Below are positions 26,259 through 39,928 of a DNA stretch of 64,000 nucleotides, one piece after another. The notes beneath the pieces are model-generated. The model saw nothing but the letters and a program-made list of their open reading frames with translations. It was not told where the DNA came from and ran no database searches. Position numbers and translations under genes: made by a program. The number at the start of each line of letters is the position of its first letter. Position 1 is the first letter of the stretch. This DNA comes from Utricularia gibba (lineage: Eukaryota > Plantae > Magnoliophyta), in the NCBI GenBank assembly GCA_002189035.1, contig NEEC01000010.1, positions 1 to 64,000 on the forward strand, in the 5' to 3' direction.

Positions 26259-27725
26259 AGGTCCATAGCCTTATAAATGTAGCTGAGGAGAAAGATCAAA
26301 CAAACAAACAAGTAATGAATAAAAAAGTAACACATAAGTTTTTTTTACAAACAAACTAAACAAACAAACAAGTAACACATAAATGTAGGATATGTTTTTT
26401 TTACAAACAAACAAGAATAAAAAACGAAGCACAAAAAAAGTAACACATAAGTTCCAATGCTCAGAAAACACTAAAAATAAAAATAACATAAACTGCTCCT
26501 CCACAGATAAGTCATGGGGCAGTCTAGAGTGTGAAGCAACGGCAATGAAGGAGTCCAACTTGTTGGAGAGGGCATAAACCTATTCTTAGAGGCTTCGAAT
26601 GGCCAGGGGAAGAGTATCCTTGGTCAGGTAGGATTGGAAACTGCTCAATGGGATGTCTTGTGGTGCACTATAGGGATTGAAAATGGTTGGAGGCATGGAA
26701 GTAATGAATACGGATTTCAATATATAAATAATCGTTATGTACTTGCATCATAGAGTGCTTCTCGCTTGAGTATAGGACCTTTCACTCCAATGAGATCAAG
26801 TTTAAGAGGGATTATTCTAGAAGAATATGTATGTTTGAGAGATTAGATCACTAATATCAAATGCTACAAAGTAATGTTCCATGAGAATGCGTGATCTTGA
26901 CTTTTTCCTTTACTTTTTTTAATGCAACTAATAAAAAAATAAGTTTCTAACTTGTCAACATTTTGACACAGTCAATCCAATCTTGAATAAAAGGGGAAAG
27001 AAAACTTTTGTATCACGATGTAGCCGTATTTGTAGGGAATCATAGCAATTTGCGGACCCATCAAGCATAGGATTCACATTGTGCGATTCATGTCAATGGT
27101 GTGGTATAAAAGCATGTTTAATGTTAGGGTTACCACTTACCATTAAAACCCTCCTCCTTCTAGCACCACTTCATGAGAGAGAAGAGAATAGACTTCCATT
27201 GGCTCTTTTTCGTTAAATCTTGTAAGTTTCATTAAGTGATGTGTTTCTTTATTCCCCTTACTTCCTTTTCTAGTGGTGATTGATAGATGCCCTATATCTC
27301 GATGGTGATTCATTTGTATATTTCTTCGTGATGCGTGTTTAAAAGATTTGATTCTTCTTTGTTTGACATATTTTCATGCTTCACTAGATTTCTGCTTCAT
27401 AATTATCACATCTTAGTTAGTTGATATGTAGTTAAGCTTTTTTCTGTGGAATATGAATTAGATTTTATGGGGATTCATTGTGTGTTTTTTCGTAATTTTT
27501 AGGAAGTAGCTATGGATGAACAAGAGGAATCCCTAGAAATTGTAGTTGATGAATATCTTGATCCAAGTTTCCATTGTGGCAATTCATGGTCTGCCATAGA
27601 AGGTACCCTGATTTTATAGGAAATAGGATAGTAACTTGTACATTTTGTGAGAAGCAATTCACATCATCTTACTCTAGGGTATGAGTGCATTTGATGAAGA
27701 TGAGATAAAACATTGGAGGATGTCC

Positions 27726-28701
27726 TAATAACACATATTTTTGAGTGATGGAGTGCATGGAAATTACTCATATTGTGCTACAAAAGTCAGAAAAGTAGTA
27801 CACACAAAATCCAAGGAGGAAAAAGGGAGATTTTGGACAAAAAGGGAGAGAAGATGTGAGAGAAAAAAGATCTCTCTCATTGGAGACTCACGACATTCTT
27901 TCTGGAGAAGGTTTTTTGGGGGGAAGGAGGAGGAAGACGAACAGGAACGAAGCTGAAGTTTCAAGACTATTTTCTGTTTCAAAGGAATATTGTTCTTCGC
28001 TAAGAGTAGCTAGCGATGTTTCTAGTTTTCTGTTGACATTTTACATTCCTTGCTTGTTTATTTCTTGGTAGTTGACTGAGACATGAGTACATTGTGGATG
28101 ATGTTTTCTTTTCTATTTTCGTTTATCTCAAGTATGAGTGGCTAAGTACTTAGGGGTGCCTTGGGGTGGAAGGGGGAAAAACATGCTAATCAATCTTTAG
28201 ACCTAATTAGCCATAAGTCACGCCATTTCCTTAAAACCAGGATAGATCCAGGAGGGGGAAGTAGTGAAACCTAGCTTACACCCTAATTAGAGGTAGACCA
28301 AAGATTAGGGGAAAACAAGAATTCGGGTAGATCTAGATTTTTGTGTGTTAGTTGTATGATTTATGGTTTGTATGAGCTTGTTTAGTAATAAGCATACATC
28401 CCCTAGGAGTTTCAAGACATCACCCATTTCATTCCAAAAACAATCGAGCTCCAAAACTTATTACTTTTCTTTACTATATTCCGTTGTAATTCTGCCTTAA
28501 TCCTAGTTAAGACCAATTCTACAAATGTGATATTGGTTTCATGCATTAACTTTTACATAGCAAACACCTAACTCCTTGTGTTCGACCCTAGTCCACTATA
28601 CTCATATTTTCTATATGATTTGAGGTGAATTAGGTTTATAAATTTTATTTGATAGGAGAAATTTGCAAATTAACGACTTTGCACTAATTTTTCGTTTACC
28701 A
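27726..28701 (+). mobile_element. Solo LTR (Athila-like family B)
   Basis: Reverse complement of the copies at 38870, 41429 and 56673. Ends TAATAACAC (decayed TG) and TTTACCA. Flanked by a 4/5 TSD, TGTCC/TGTCG. Confidence 0.8.
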
Positions 28702-28856
28702 TGTCGAAATGCTGAGTCAATTTATCTAGATGAAATGCGAGATTTGGAGACTCAGACTGCAAGTTTAAGAGGAAAACTAAAGGAAAACACCCTTCTAGTC
28801 AAGCTGGATCATCAAGTACCATGATCGCCACAATGACTGCAACTTTAGAAACTAGG

Positions 28857-29020
28857 TGTTATGACCCCCCCTCACCTTGCACGATATTGTCTGCTTCGGG
28901 CACTCAATCTTCACAGTTTTATGTTCTTCCCTTTCAGGGAAAATGCCTTATACAAGATTAGGAGGGTCCCTCTATTTAAGCACATCCTCTCCTCCATTCG
29001 TAACCAATGTGTGAATGTCA
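28857..29020 (-). mobile_element. TRIM-like short LTR
   Basis: TGTTATGACC...CTTGCACGATATTGTC...CCCTCTATTTAAGCAC...AACCAATGTGTGAATGTCA. Confidence 0.6.
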
Positions 29021-32000
29021 AGGCTCAAATTCCCGCCTTATGAACTTAGGCCTTGATGCCATTCCAAATGAAGGAACATAAGGCCTTATTATCCTATTGA
29101 ATTGAACTCATAGGGAGATTGGATATAGTTTAGTGAAAATCACATAGGAAGAGGTGATTCGCATTAGCTGGGCACACACCCAGAATTCAGTTTTGAGGGC
29201 AATCAACAACAATCCTCTTATCCTCTTAATCGTTCAATGAGGAATCACATGAGGCTATTCCCGTGCCTCATTGTCAATCAGAGTATAAGGGAGAGTAGAC
29301 TATTTCTTACTCCTATAACCAATTATTCGGAAGGAATTTTTCCAGTTCTGCAGATGACTAATCAAGAACCAGAACTATGGATGATTAAAGAAGAAATTGC
29401 CACAAACCATGCAGGCTGACAAATTTGCATCATTTTTTTCAGACAAGAGGACTTTAAGATATGCCCATATCTGTTCTAGGCACTTTCAAAGTTAGCTAAG
29501 AGAGAGAATTACGAGCCAAACGATCATCTATGAGAGTTGCACATGGCTTATCCATCAATACGCTCAAAAGATGTAACCGAGAACCAAGTCAAGCTGCTGG
29601 TCTTCCCTTTTAGTCTCACTGAGCAAGCATTGGAGTGGTTGTTTGGACTACCACCTTCCTCTACTGCAACCTGGGAGCAAATGGTTCAAAAGTTTCTATG
29701 CGCCCCTAAGAAGAGCCTTCTCTAGAAGAAGAGCTTTATCCACAATGCAACAAATCACAAGAATATTATGATGGATTCAACTATATGTGCAATACTTGTC
29801 CACAGTATGGATTTACTGAAGGTCAAATCTTGTAGCATGGACTTACTAACCCCATGATTAGAGGACAGATGGATGTAGCTAGTAATGGGTCATCACTAGA
29901 GAACTACCACAACACTCATGCCTAAAGATTGATAGAACAAATGACTGCTAATTCTTACTCTACTTCCAACTGATATGACCAATCATAGCAATAACCTCGA
30001 GGAATTTCCCAGCCAGTAAAAGCAGTGCATGAAGTGGACAACTCTGAAGTTTTAGCTCAACTCGCTACAATGAGAGATACCTTGAAACTTGGCTTTTAAT
30101 CACTTCTTGAACAACAAGGAAGGTATCAATCATCTTCACCTACTTCTCATTCTCATCTAGAACCTATGATACATGAGATGCTAATGGAAGAGCTACATGC
30201 ATTCTATCAAAACCAAGGAGGAACCTACAATTATGGAAACTACTAGATCCCGAGAAGAGATCCCCTTGGTTTTTTCTAGAGACAACAAGTGCCTCCTGGT
30301 CAAGCATCATCACTAGGGAACTCTTCTAGTGTTCCTTAGAAAACTATCAATGCTTTGTCTCAACTTTTGCAAATCACTGGAGTTCTAGATCAAATCTCTT
30401 GTTCCTTATCAGCCAAACCATAATTTGGAGTCAATGGTGAAATCCCTTGCTAAAAGCACCACCAAAATGCATGGTGCTCAAAAGGACATGGATGGAAGAA
30501 TTACAAGCATTCAAACTCAAATCACCCAATTGGTGCAAGCCATGAACCAATTGTATACGTAAGGACTACCATCCCAGCCAATGAAGAACACATAGCACAT
30601 CATCACAACATCTTTGAGAAGTGGGAAGGATCTTCCAGACCCTTACCCAGGGTTCATGACCAAGGTGGGCAGGTCTGAAGAAAATGAATTTGTATTCTTG
30701 GACAGCAATGATGAAGTGGATGAAGAGATTATTTGTGAGAATCCAAATGGTTCTCTAGTCCAAAACATAGATGTGCTAACACCCCTTGAAGATTTGAAGG
30801 AGAGGGAGATGCAAGAAGTTGATCAACCCAAGTTTTTAGTGATTCCGCCACCCTTTCCTATGAGGCTTCGAAGGAAGACTAAGGGCAAACATCGGCTGAA
30901 GGCATTGATGGAGATGATGAAGAAGGTCAACGTGAACATCCTATTGCTGCACTTGATCGATCAAGTGTCCAAATATGCAAAAGTAAAAATTATTATTTGG
31001 ATACATCACATTCGTACAAAGTTGCACATATAATGTATCACATTTACAAAGTTATATATTTGGTGCATCACGATATAAAAATAACGGTATTCATTCATCA
31101 CGTTTACAAAGTTATATATTTTGATACATCATGTTCAAAAAATCACATAGTCTGTACATCGCATTTGAAAAATATACAAAAAAGCATCACATTTCAAAAA
31201 TAAACGATATAAAATATCAGATTTCAAATATCAAATATAAAAATGTAGGGTAATGCATCATGCTTCAAAAGTGGCGCTGAAAATGCATCACGTTTCAAAA
31301 GTTTCAGTTTTGGTCTAAAAATTATAAACAATTCATACAATATCCAAAAAATATCAAATTAGTTTCCTTTGAAAGCTATTTGAGAGACACATGTAGGAAA
31401 GAATATACATTAAGTTAATGAGCGTATATATTTTCTATTATTGACGGACACCTAATAATTCACTAGAAATTAAATCTTTTGAGTAAAAAATACAAAATAC
31501 TTTGTGTTTGATAATTAAATTCCATAATACAAAATTATAAAGTAAGTTTCTTATTTATTTAACTAAAAATTCTTTAGAGAATTTCGTTGGATGTTCATTA
31601 AAAGTTTATATAAAATATATAAGTTTATTGAAATAACGTATAATTTTTTTAAAGTTATTTGAATATTTTTTGGACATTGTATGAACCAAATAAACTATTT
31701 TACAATGAAAATTCTTATTGAATATATATTAAAAATTGTAGTTTTCATAAAATATTCTTTATAATTCATTAGATATAACAAAATTGAAAAATAACTATTA
31801 TTTATAGATATTCATTTGTATTATTAAATAATTCGAATTTTATAAAAATATTCTTTAGAATTTTCTCGTTTTTTTTACCTTTCGAATTAAAGTCTGCAAA
31901 TCTTCATCCATAGCAAAACATTTCACGTCTTCATAGTCGAACCACGCTGGACTCATCTAGGAAATCAACAGCAATGTTACTAAGACTACAATAGTTTTAC

Positions 32001-32036
32001 TAGCATCATTGATATTCAAACATTTACTTACCCATC

Positions 32037-32310
32037 TTATGTCTGAGGTGTAATGGAAAGTGGCACTTCGATCATAAATCGATGTATGTAGTAAAGAACA
32101 TATATGCCGCATTCACTCAACTCTGGCTCACGTGGTACCTGGAAATAGATCAATAGTTTAGAAACATATTATTCATACTAATTGTCTTGCATTACATACC
32201 TCCACTGGAATAAGGAGAATGTTCGTGAAAGTTTCCTCTTCTAAGTAAGAATTTTCGACCCTAGACTCGTACACATGCCATATGAACCTGGATACGTGTA
32301 AGGCGACTTA
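32037..32310 (-). pseudogene. Ulp1-like (C48) SUMO-protease C-terminal exons carried by the MULE
   Basis: Two exons joined over a 61-nt GT-AG intron (32139-32199) read ...TFTNILLIPVE|VPREPELSECGIYVLYYIHRF, which resembles the Ulp1 catalytic VPQQ.N..DCG.YVL motif. Confidence 0.65.
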
Positions 32311-33084
32311 AAACTAAATATGTATATTCTTGTAAAGACTCAAAGAGATTCATACATTCATAATTCTTCAGCTTTTGTCTCCATCATATTAGTAGACCCT
32401 ATGGAGTCTAAGTACAAGACACATCGTCTTGCTGGTTCAATGGCAGCAAAGTTGCATAGAATTAACATCCAAAAATGACTGCTAAAATGAAAAAGACAAA
32501 CTGATTAACACAAAAAAAAAGGTTTTGAAAAAGATCAAGCAAACCTTGAAATTGTTGGCACGACAAAGCATGGGGTGGAAAAGTTTTCCTTCCCATGAAT
32601 AGTTTTCCAAGATTCTTGGCTCGACGCTACTTAGTTGCAAGGGGGAATGATTTGGCTATCTTCCTAGATCACATCACTCATGAACGATAATCCAAATATT
32701 CAACCATAACTTTGAAAATAAATTAATACTTACGCCAATGCATAATCGAACATCAGATCATCGAGCATTCCATATGCACGTAAATGCGGAGGGCACCTAA
32801 TTTCTTCCTGCTTACTTGAGCCTTGAGGCCGCATTATCTGCTTTGGGTGTGTGGGAGTGGTTGATATTGTACTTTTTATTTTTATTCCATCTCCTATTGC
32901 AATTTGAACAACAACCTTTGTGCGAGCCTTAACATAAACCTTGAGACCTTCACCCTCAACATTAGTTTGCTGCCTCTTGTTCGACTATACACATAACAAA
33001 TAACGTGCAACGGCGACATAGTAGAATATAATTCAAGCTTATGACAGTGATAACAATCTTTCGGTCATTGATTGCAGTGGAACT

Positions 33085-34064
33085 TGTTGGGTTTCTCGTA
33101 GACATCGTATGTCTCAAAAGCAGCGGAATTTTAAAAATTTTGAGAAACCCCCAACGCAGATCTTGGAATACGGTATACATCAGACATAGGGATGTTCAAA
33201 GTACCTTTAAGATAACTCCGTTGTTCACCAACCGCCAATAGATGACGGCCTCTATGGTATCCACACGTGGAGCACTCCATCGATAACCTTCTCAAGGTTC
33301 TTGAATGTTAGTCGAATTTCTCAGGTGCTAGTAGACAAAAACGCCTCCTTGTAGATTAGTCTCAGAGAGCACGAAGACCTTGGAGCAGATCTCAAGATTT
33401 AAATTTTTTTCGATAGATATTTTTGACATATCAAATCATATCTATATGAGATCTTTTATTTTGAGTTTAATCAATATTAATCTCAAAATAATTCTCTATT
33501 TAATTTATCCATTTTACCAATTACATCTCATGTAATTGTGTCATTCTATTTTATATCGATGAGTGACTCCACTATTGTTTGTGACCCTATAGGCTTTCTC
33601 AATCAAGACCGTAATAATAGATTTTGTTGACCTCAAGTCTAAGCTTACTTGCACGGCTGTCATATTCGAGATCTTGCTAATGACACTTGGTTAGCATCCC
33701 ATAGTAGCATCTCGAAGATGAGCCATCCAGTGAATCGATTCTCTAATCAACACCCACACATAGGTTCTAGTAATCTCATTACATCAATTGTGAGAACCAT
33801 TGCCTAAACTATTTAGGGAACTCAATGTGTGCTAGCTTATCCGTATTTGTGATATCCTCATTTCACAAATACTCTAGCTCGGGAGATTTAACTTGATCAT
33901 GAGTGTTTGAAGAATCTCACATTATGATCTCATCATAATTTCTATAGCACATAGATCAAGTAGAGGATTTTATCAATGATATAAATTTGATCACAATTCA
34001 AAGTAAATATCAAAAGATAAGATTTGCCAATGAATTGATTGTCTCTAGAACACATACACTAACA
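33085..34064 (-). mobile_element. Angela-like copia LTR (980 bp) inside the MULE
   Basis: TGTTGGG...CTAACA termini; homologous to 42732-43904. The flanks GAACT/GTTAT do not form a TSD. Confidence 0.88.
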
Positions 34065-34659
34065 GTTATTGTGGTGGAAGGCCATCTTAACTGTCCAAGG
34101 ACACGATGTAGCGAGTAATCATATAACGCTCTGTATGAGTCTACATAATAGCAGTTGTCTACATAATTATGCATTGACCTTCCTAAGTAGTCAATGATAT
34201 TGATAGCATGACAACATTGTATATCTATTACAATGAATCAGCAATAATATTGTAACTGACATTAAAAAATCAGGCATATTTGTATGATAGAGCTTAAAAA
34301 ATCATGCATAATAGTATTAAAAACACATCCTAGCACAATACTGTAACAGACATTAAATTACTTGTGTAACAACCCACAAAAATCACCTCAATAAATCAGC
34401 AACAATGTTACTATAAAACACTTCAATAATAGAATTACAGACCTAAAAATTCAAGCACAATATTCTCAAAAACCACTTTGATTAGTTATTATAACAGACG
34501 TCCAAAAATACCGGCTCAATGAATCAATTATATTGCTGCAATAAAACACTTCAAGAAAGTATTAATACACTTAAAAATTCAGGCACAATACTATAAAAAA
34601 CTAGTACCTGAGCATCAATCAAGAATAATAATTCTTAATACATAGAATACGCACGTCGA

Positions 34660-37657
34660 ATATGCCAAATGCCGCAACTACATACTCTATTTGCCAAGTC
34701 AACTGTTCCAATGTCTTCGCCTACGAAACACTCCCAACGATCATGGGTGGTGCTATGTATTCGGCCATCTCATCTTTTCTTGGCCCTTTCTATTATCACT
34801 CCCAAAATGTTAAGCCAGATGACGTTTGCCATACATGTGGCCTCGGCACATCTTGTGACAATACACTCACACAATAAAACTCAAATTGCCTCAAACAAGG
34901 GGATTATCGGCTTCGACCTTGCCCTCAAAAGTGCAGCATTGAATGACTTAGTCATGTTATTCAATAGAGCATCAGAATTGCTAGATGGTCTAAAAAAAGC
35001 AATGCACCAATACTTGGGTGGGATACATAACATGTAGAGAAACGTTTTCTTGTTCATCTTCATCAGCGCACGCATCTCAGCCTCCCATCAAGCCCCAATG
35101 CTTGTTCCACAATCTTCCTCATTTGACTACATGCAATCACTTTCCCACCAAGCTTTAAAGATTCTGTTGTATATGGCTAATGCAGTGATGATGCTACATA
35201 AAAGAGGATCAAATTAACATAAAGTTATCTGTAAAAGCAAATGTGATTGTGTTGATTGTAGTTAGAACTACCTCATAGCCCGAAAATAGGTTGGTGACAG
35301 CTTCTCGAATAGATACATCGCGGTCAGACATAATGTGTATTTCATTCAACATCTCAATGTTCAAATAATCACATAACAGATTCAAAAACCACATCCAATT
35401 TCCTTTGTCCTCGCCTAGAACTGTCCAAGAAAATGGATATGTACCATAAAAGATATGGGCAAAGCTCAAAGTCCTCTTCCGCATCAAAGATGATACAAAG
35501 TGATCGGTCAGAATGGTTGGCAGTGATTTCTTCTTTTATTGTCCTTAGTGGTGGGCCATGATTAGTGATCGGCAGAACTGGAAAAATTTGAGGATGATGT
35601 TGTTGTTGTTCTTCGTGAATTGTGGGGACTCCAGTAGGTGCTTGAGCAGCCATTTCTTCGTCAGTAGATCAACCAGAAATCAATTCTCGCTCAATCTTCG
35701 GATCTAAAGGGCACAAGATGTCTCGATATGATCTCAACCTTCGGTGACCCTTTGGTGGAGCTGAATGCATAAAAACAGAGAAAAACATCAGCAAAACGGA
35801 AACAAAAGAAAAACAAGAAGAAAGGAAGAAAAAGAAAAACTATACACAACAATAAACACAAAAAATACACAACTCCCCGGTAATGGCGCAAAAAATTTGT
35901 TGCGTGTCGTTTTCTCAACAAATTTCAAATATTTATAAAATGTAAAACACAAAGAGGGTAGTACGAGTGTCGATCTCAGGGAGTTGTTTTTCGTGAAAAG
36001 TATTTTGTAAGGAACTTCTACAAAATGTCATGGTTTTGTAAAAGGGGGGTTTTGAAGTGCAGAAATGAAAGATACAACGTAAGTGATGAGCCTTGACTAT
36101 GAGACGTAGTTCATGGGAATGAGATTCCATCTCCTTCCTTTGTCCATACTTGTCTTTGTTTTCACTGATGTCTTCCAAATAGCTAGTTATAGGAGCAAGG
36201 AATAGCCTACTCTCCCTCACACTCTAATTGAAAGGAGGCACGGGAATAGCCTCATGTGATTCCCCTTTGGACGAATAGGATGACAAGAGGATTGCCTTCG
36301 ATTTCCTTCAAAACCGAATTGCGTGCGTGTTCCCAATTCTTGCCAATGGCCAGTGGCAGGCTCGACGTCACAACCTGTCCACTGTCGTGGAACCTAGGAC
36401 GCAAACTATCCGCTACTTCCCTCGAACCGGTAGGGTTGGAGTTGGTGCTCTTCACCTCGATCTTCACCAAAATCCGTGAGGAGTGGCCTGCTACTCATGG
36501 ACCTTGACTAGTAGTCATTACATAAAGACTGCAACAAGATATGTGGAAGTATGTGAAATTCGAAATGAATTTAGCGAAGAACCAAGTGTATTGCTCAGGA
36601 CTTGGAAGGAAACTTCATCTTTGCCCAGAAACTAAAGGGTTTTAGCCACAAAGGGCCATGAAAATAGAAACGAAATTGGAAGCTAAGTGTTCTTCCTCCT
36701 TGGAGGGGAGAAAGAACTGAAAAGTTCTAAGTACAAAGAGAAAATGTCCAAAGTCCGAAAATAAGTGTTCCAAGTTGCTTTTATATCACTCCCCACGTGC
36801 AGTAATTCCTTCTAGTCCCCTTCCCATCATTCCTTCATCTTTGCGCCAGCAACTTTCCTTTGCGTGCAAGTTAGTGCCCAATCATTTTTGCAGACTCTGG
36901 CATGCAATAAGTCAGGGGTCTTGACCAGTGTTAGTCTTCCGCCCAGAATCATTCCAAGTCATGTACAAGGCATGAAAAGTAAGAGTCTGATCTCCTACAA
37001 TACTCCTACAACACTCCATGACTGCCTTCTGCCATGTCTTGGTCAAAGTGCACGAAAAAGATAGATAAAATATATAGAAAATAGAAAAATAGGATTTTTC
37101 TAGGAAAATCAATTACTTATCAATATAATTCCTAATTGGGCGACTTAATACTAGATTAAGACATAATAATTCCTAATAATAAACTAGAAAATGACACTTA
37201 ACAACCACATACAAACTTGAGATATTGTGCATTGTTTTTGGACACATAAAACTCGAATCCTTCTTCAATGCAAAAGTTGGTTAACACAATATTAGCTCCA
37301 TCTTTGATGTATTAAAGCATGAATACAATAAGGATAAGAGGATCATATATACTATGGTTTCAGATTCATACAAATAGAAGTGTTGTACATTAAATCTTCT
37401 TCTATCAAATGTCTATTAGGGTGAAATGTGGGGGAATTCGAATCAAGGAATGAACTTATTTCATCAGCACCTCCCATATATGAAATAATTTGTAGTTCAC
37501 ATGCATTCCAATCTTCCTTTTTGACAAGTGTTTTCTCTTCAAAAGGAAAATTCGAATCTGTATCATCCTCGCTCCAATCGATACCATCATCCATATTTCC
37601 AAAGTCATCATTTTCATCAATAGGAATATCATTGATATCTTCATCTGTTTGAAACAT
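34660..37657 (-). pseudogene. MuDR-type transposase remnant split by an Athila LTR-gag fragment
   Basis: Acidic N-terminus plus FCIEEGFEFYVSKNN (Mutator DBD-like) at 37204-37657. MULE core GEDKGNWMWFLNLL...IMSDRDVSIREAV at ~35270-35440. IPPKYW...LLNNMTKSFNAALLRARSKPIIPLFEAI at 34881-35075. Confidence 0.85.
35440..37203 (-). mobile_element. Athila-type 5' LTR (35898-37203) + PBS + gag start
   Basis: 35874-35895 is the reverse complement of TTTTTTGCGCCATTACCGGGGA, close to the Athila tRNA-Asp PBS TTTTGGCGCCGTTGCCGGGGA. The gag start RTIKEEITANH...DFELCPYL matches the forward gag at ~29380-29480. Confidence 0.82.
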
Positions 37658-38869
37658 TGTCTACAAAGAACCTCCTCATATAAAACATTACAATAATTTC
37701 ATAACCACTATAAATGAAAGTGAAATATCATGAACATTATAACCATCTCACTACTTAGAAAATAGTGTTTTGATAATCAAGCACGAACAATAGGCATAAG
37801 CAAATAAGCAGAAAGAAACATGAAAGAAGTCTAACATAGAACGGGTTGGTTGTATGCAATAGCAGTGGAAAATGAGACTCTATTGCTAGAAAATGAGTTC
37901 CATACCTCAAGTGTGGTACATGACCGAGCAGTGGAATCCGTATTACTAAAAGAAAAAAAAACTGCAATTCATATCTACATAAGGCTAATGGATATTTTAA
38001 TTAATTTCAAAACCTGTTGTTTTAGAAATGTAATATTTGAAATGTTTTTGTTGATTAGTTTTCAAAACGTGATGTTTCTGTTGAGTAATTTTCAAAATGT
38101 GATGTTTTGTTTGAGTAACTTTAAAAACATAACAGTTTAATTCTCTAATTTTATCAACGTGATAAACTGGTATCGAAAAAATTTCTAACGTGATGGACTC
38201 AAAGTGAACCTGTCCCTATGCAAAAATGTTGAAAGACTTGTGAGACCCTAAGAAGAAGGCAAAGATGGAAGAGGTGATTCCTATGATTGAAAATATTTCA
38301 GCAATCATCCAGAGAACAATTCCATGAAAGTGTAAGAATCCTAGTATTTTTCCATACGTATGACTATTGATGATACAAAAATTTTAGTTTCCAGGTGTGA
38401 TTTAGAAGCATCGATTAATGTTATGGCTAGGTCTCTTTATGTTTCTCTTACATCTAAACTAGGTAAACTTGACCCACTAGTATTGTTTGTCAATTAGCTG
38501 ATAGGTCACATGAGAAGCCTAATGGTAGAGTTGATGATGTCTTTGTTCATGTTAAAGATTTGATTTTTCTTACTGAGTTTTTCATTATGGAAATCGAAAA
38601 TCCTATGATTGTGGAGTTGGTCATTTTGGAATGACCGATTATGGCTACCACAAGTACTGAAATTGATGTCCAAGCAGGCACAATCTATCTATAGTTTGAT
38701 GGAAAGGTGCTGCACTTCTGTCTAGACAATCAATCTATCAATGAGATTTGTTCGATTTCTACATCTGATGCAAATGTAGAACACTTAGCAATGGTCCATG
38801 AGCAAGATCTCTTGCTCACATGCATTATTGAAAACTTTGATTTTGACAACATTTCATTTTCTGACCTTG

Positions 38870-39928
38870 TGATAAATGAAAAATCTTGCAATGTTGTTAA
38901 TTTGCAAATTTTGTCTATCAAATAAAATTTATAAACCTAATTCACATAAACTAATATGAAAAATATGAGCATAGTAGACTAGAGTCGAATACAAGAAAGC
39001 TTGGCGCTTGCGATATGAAAGTCAATACATGCAATCAATGTCACGTTGATAGATTTGATCTTAATTAGGACTAAGGTAGAGTTGCTATAAAATGCAGTAA
39101 AGAAAAGTAGCAAACTTTTGAACTTGGTTGTTTCTAAGATGAAATGAGTGATGCCTTGGGACTCTTAGGGGATGTATGCTTGTCACTAAGCATGCTCACA
39201 CAAACTATAAATCAAACAACTAACAAACAAAGTCTAGGTCTACATCTAATTAGGGTTGTTAAGATGAGTTTCACTACTTCCCCCTCTTAGATCTATCTTG
39301 ATTTGTTAAGGAAGTGGCATGACTTATAATTAATCAAGTCTAAAGATTGACTAGCATATCTCATCCCATTTTACCCCAAGGCATCCCTCTAAGTACTTAA
39401 CCACTCATGCTTAAGGCAAATGCAAATGGAAAAGAAAACATCATCCACTTTGTACTCAATTCACAGTCGATTACAAGAAAATAAACAAGTAAGGAATTTA
39501 AAAGGTTTAACAGAAAACTAGAAATGTCGCTAGCTATTCTTAGCTAAGAGTAATATTCTTTCGAAACAGAAAATAGTCTTCAAACATCAGTTTCGTTCTT
39601 GCTTTGTCTCCTTTTGTGTCCAAAATCCACCTTTTTCATCTCTTTGGATTTTGTATTCTTCTTTTCAGACTTCTGTCTCATCCTCTGCCACTGCACTGTT
39701 CATATCCGGTTCCTTGAGATTCATGTTGTCGACAAGTGCTGCATTACTCAAAGAGATCTATTAGAACTAAGGGTGGGACTAAATCGTAGATTTAGTCTCA
39801 ACTAAGACTAAAAAAACACAACTACGATATTATTCACCAAAATATAGAACTAGGCAGTAAAGCTTAAGTTTTGTAGCACAATATGAGTCATTTTCCTATT
39901 CTCGATTACTCAAAAATATTTGTTATCA
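38870..39928 (-). mobile_element. Solo LTR (family B) in the Athila pol
   Basis: TGATAAATG...TGTTATCA with a perfect 5-bp TSD, CCTTG (38865-38869 and 39929-39933). Confidence 0.9.

Larger units (their letters stand above)
30983..38216 (-). mobile_element. Mutator-like element (MULE), 7.2 kb, with 9-bp TSD and modular inverted ends
   Basis: Perfect TSD TATGCAAAA at 30974-30982 and 38217-38225. Both ends start with G and carry CATCAC at the same offset (21 nt) in inverted orientation. A MuDR-type transposase remnant lies inside. Confidence 0.88.

Noticed and set aside
26290-26460. Low-complexity AAAC-rich local duplication
   Set aside because: Simple slippage repeat with no further structure.
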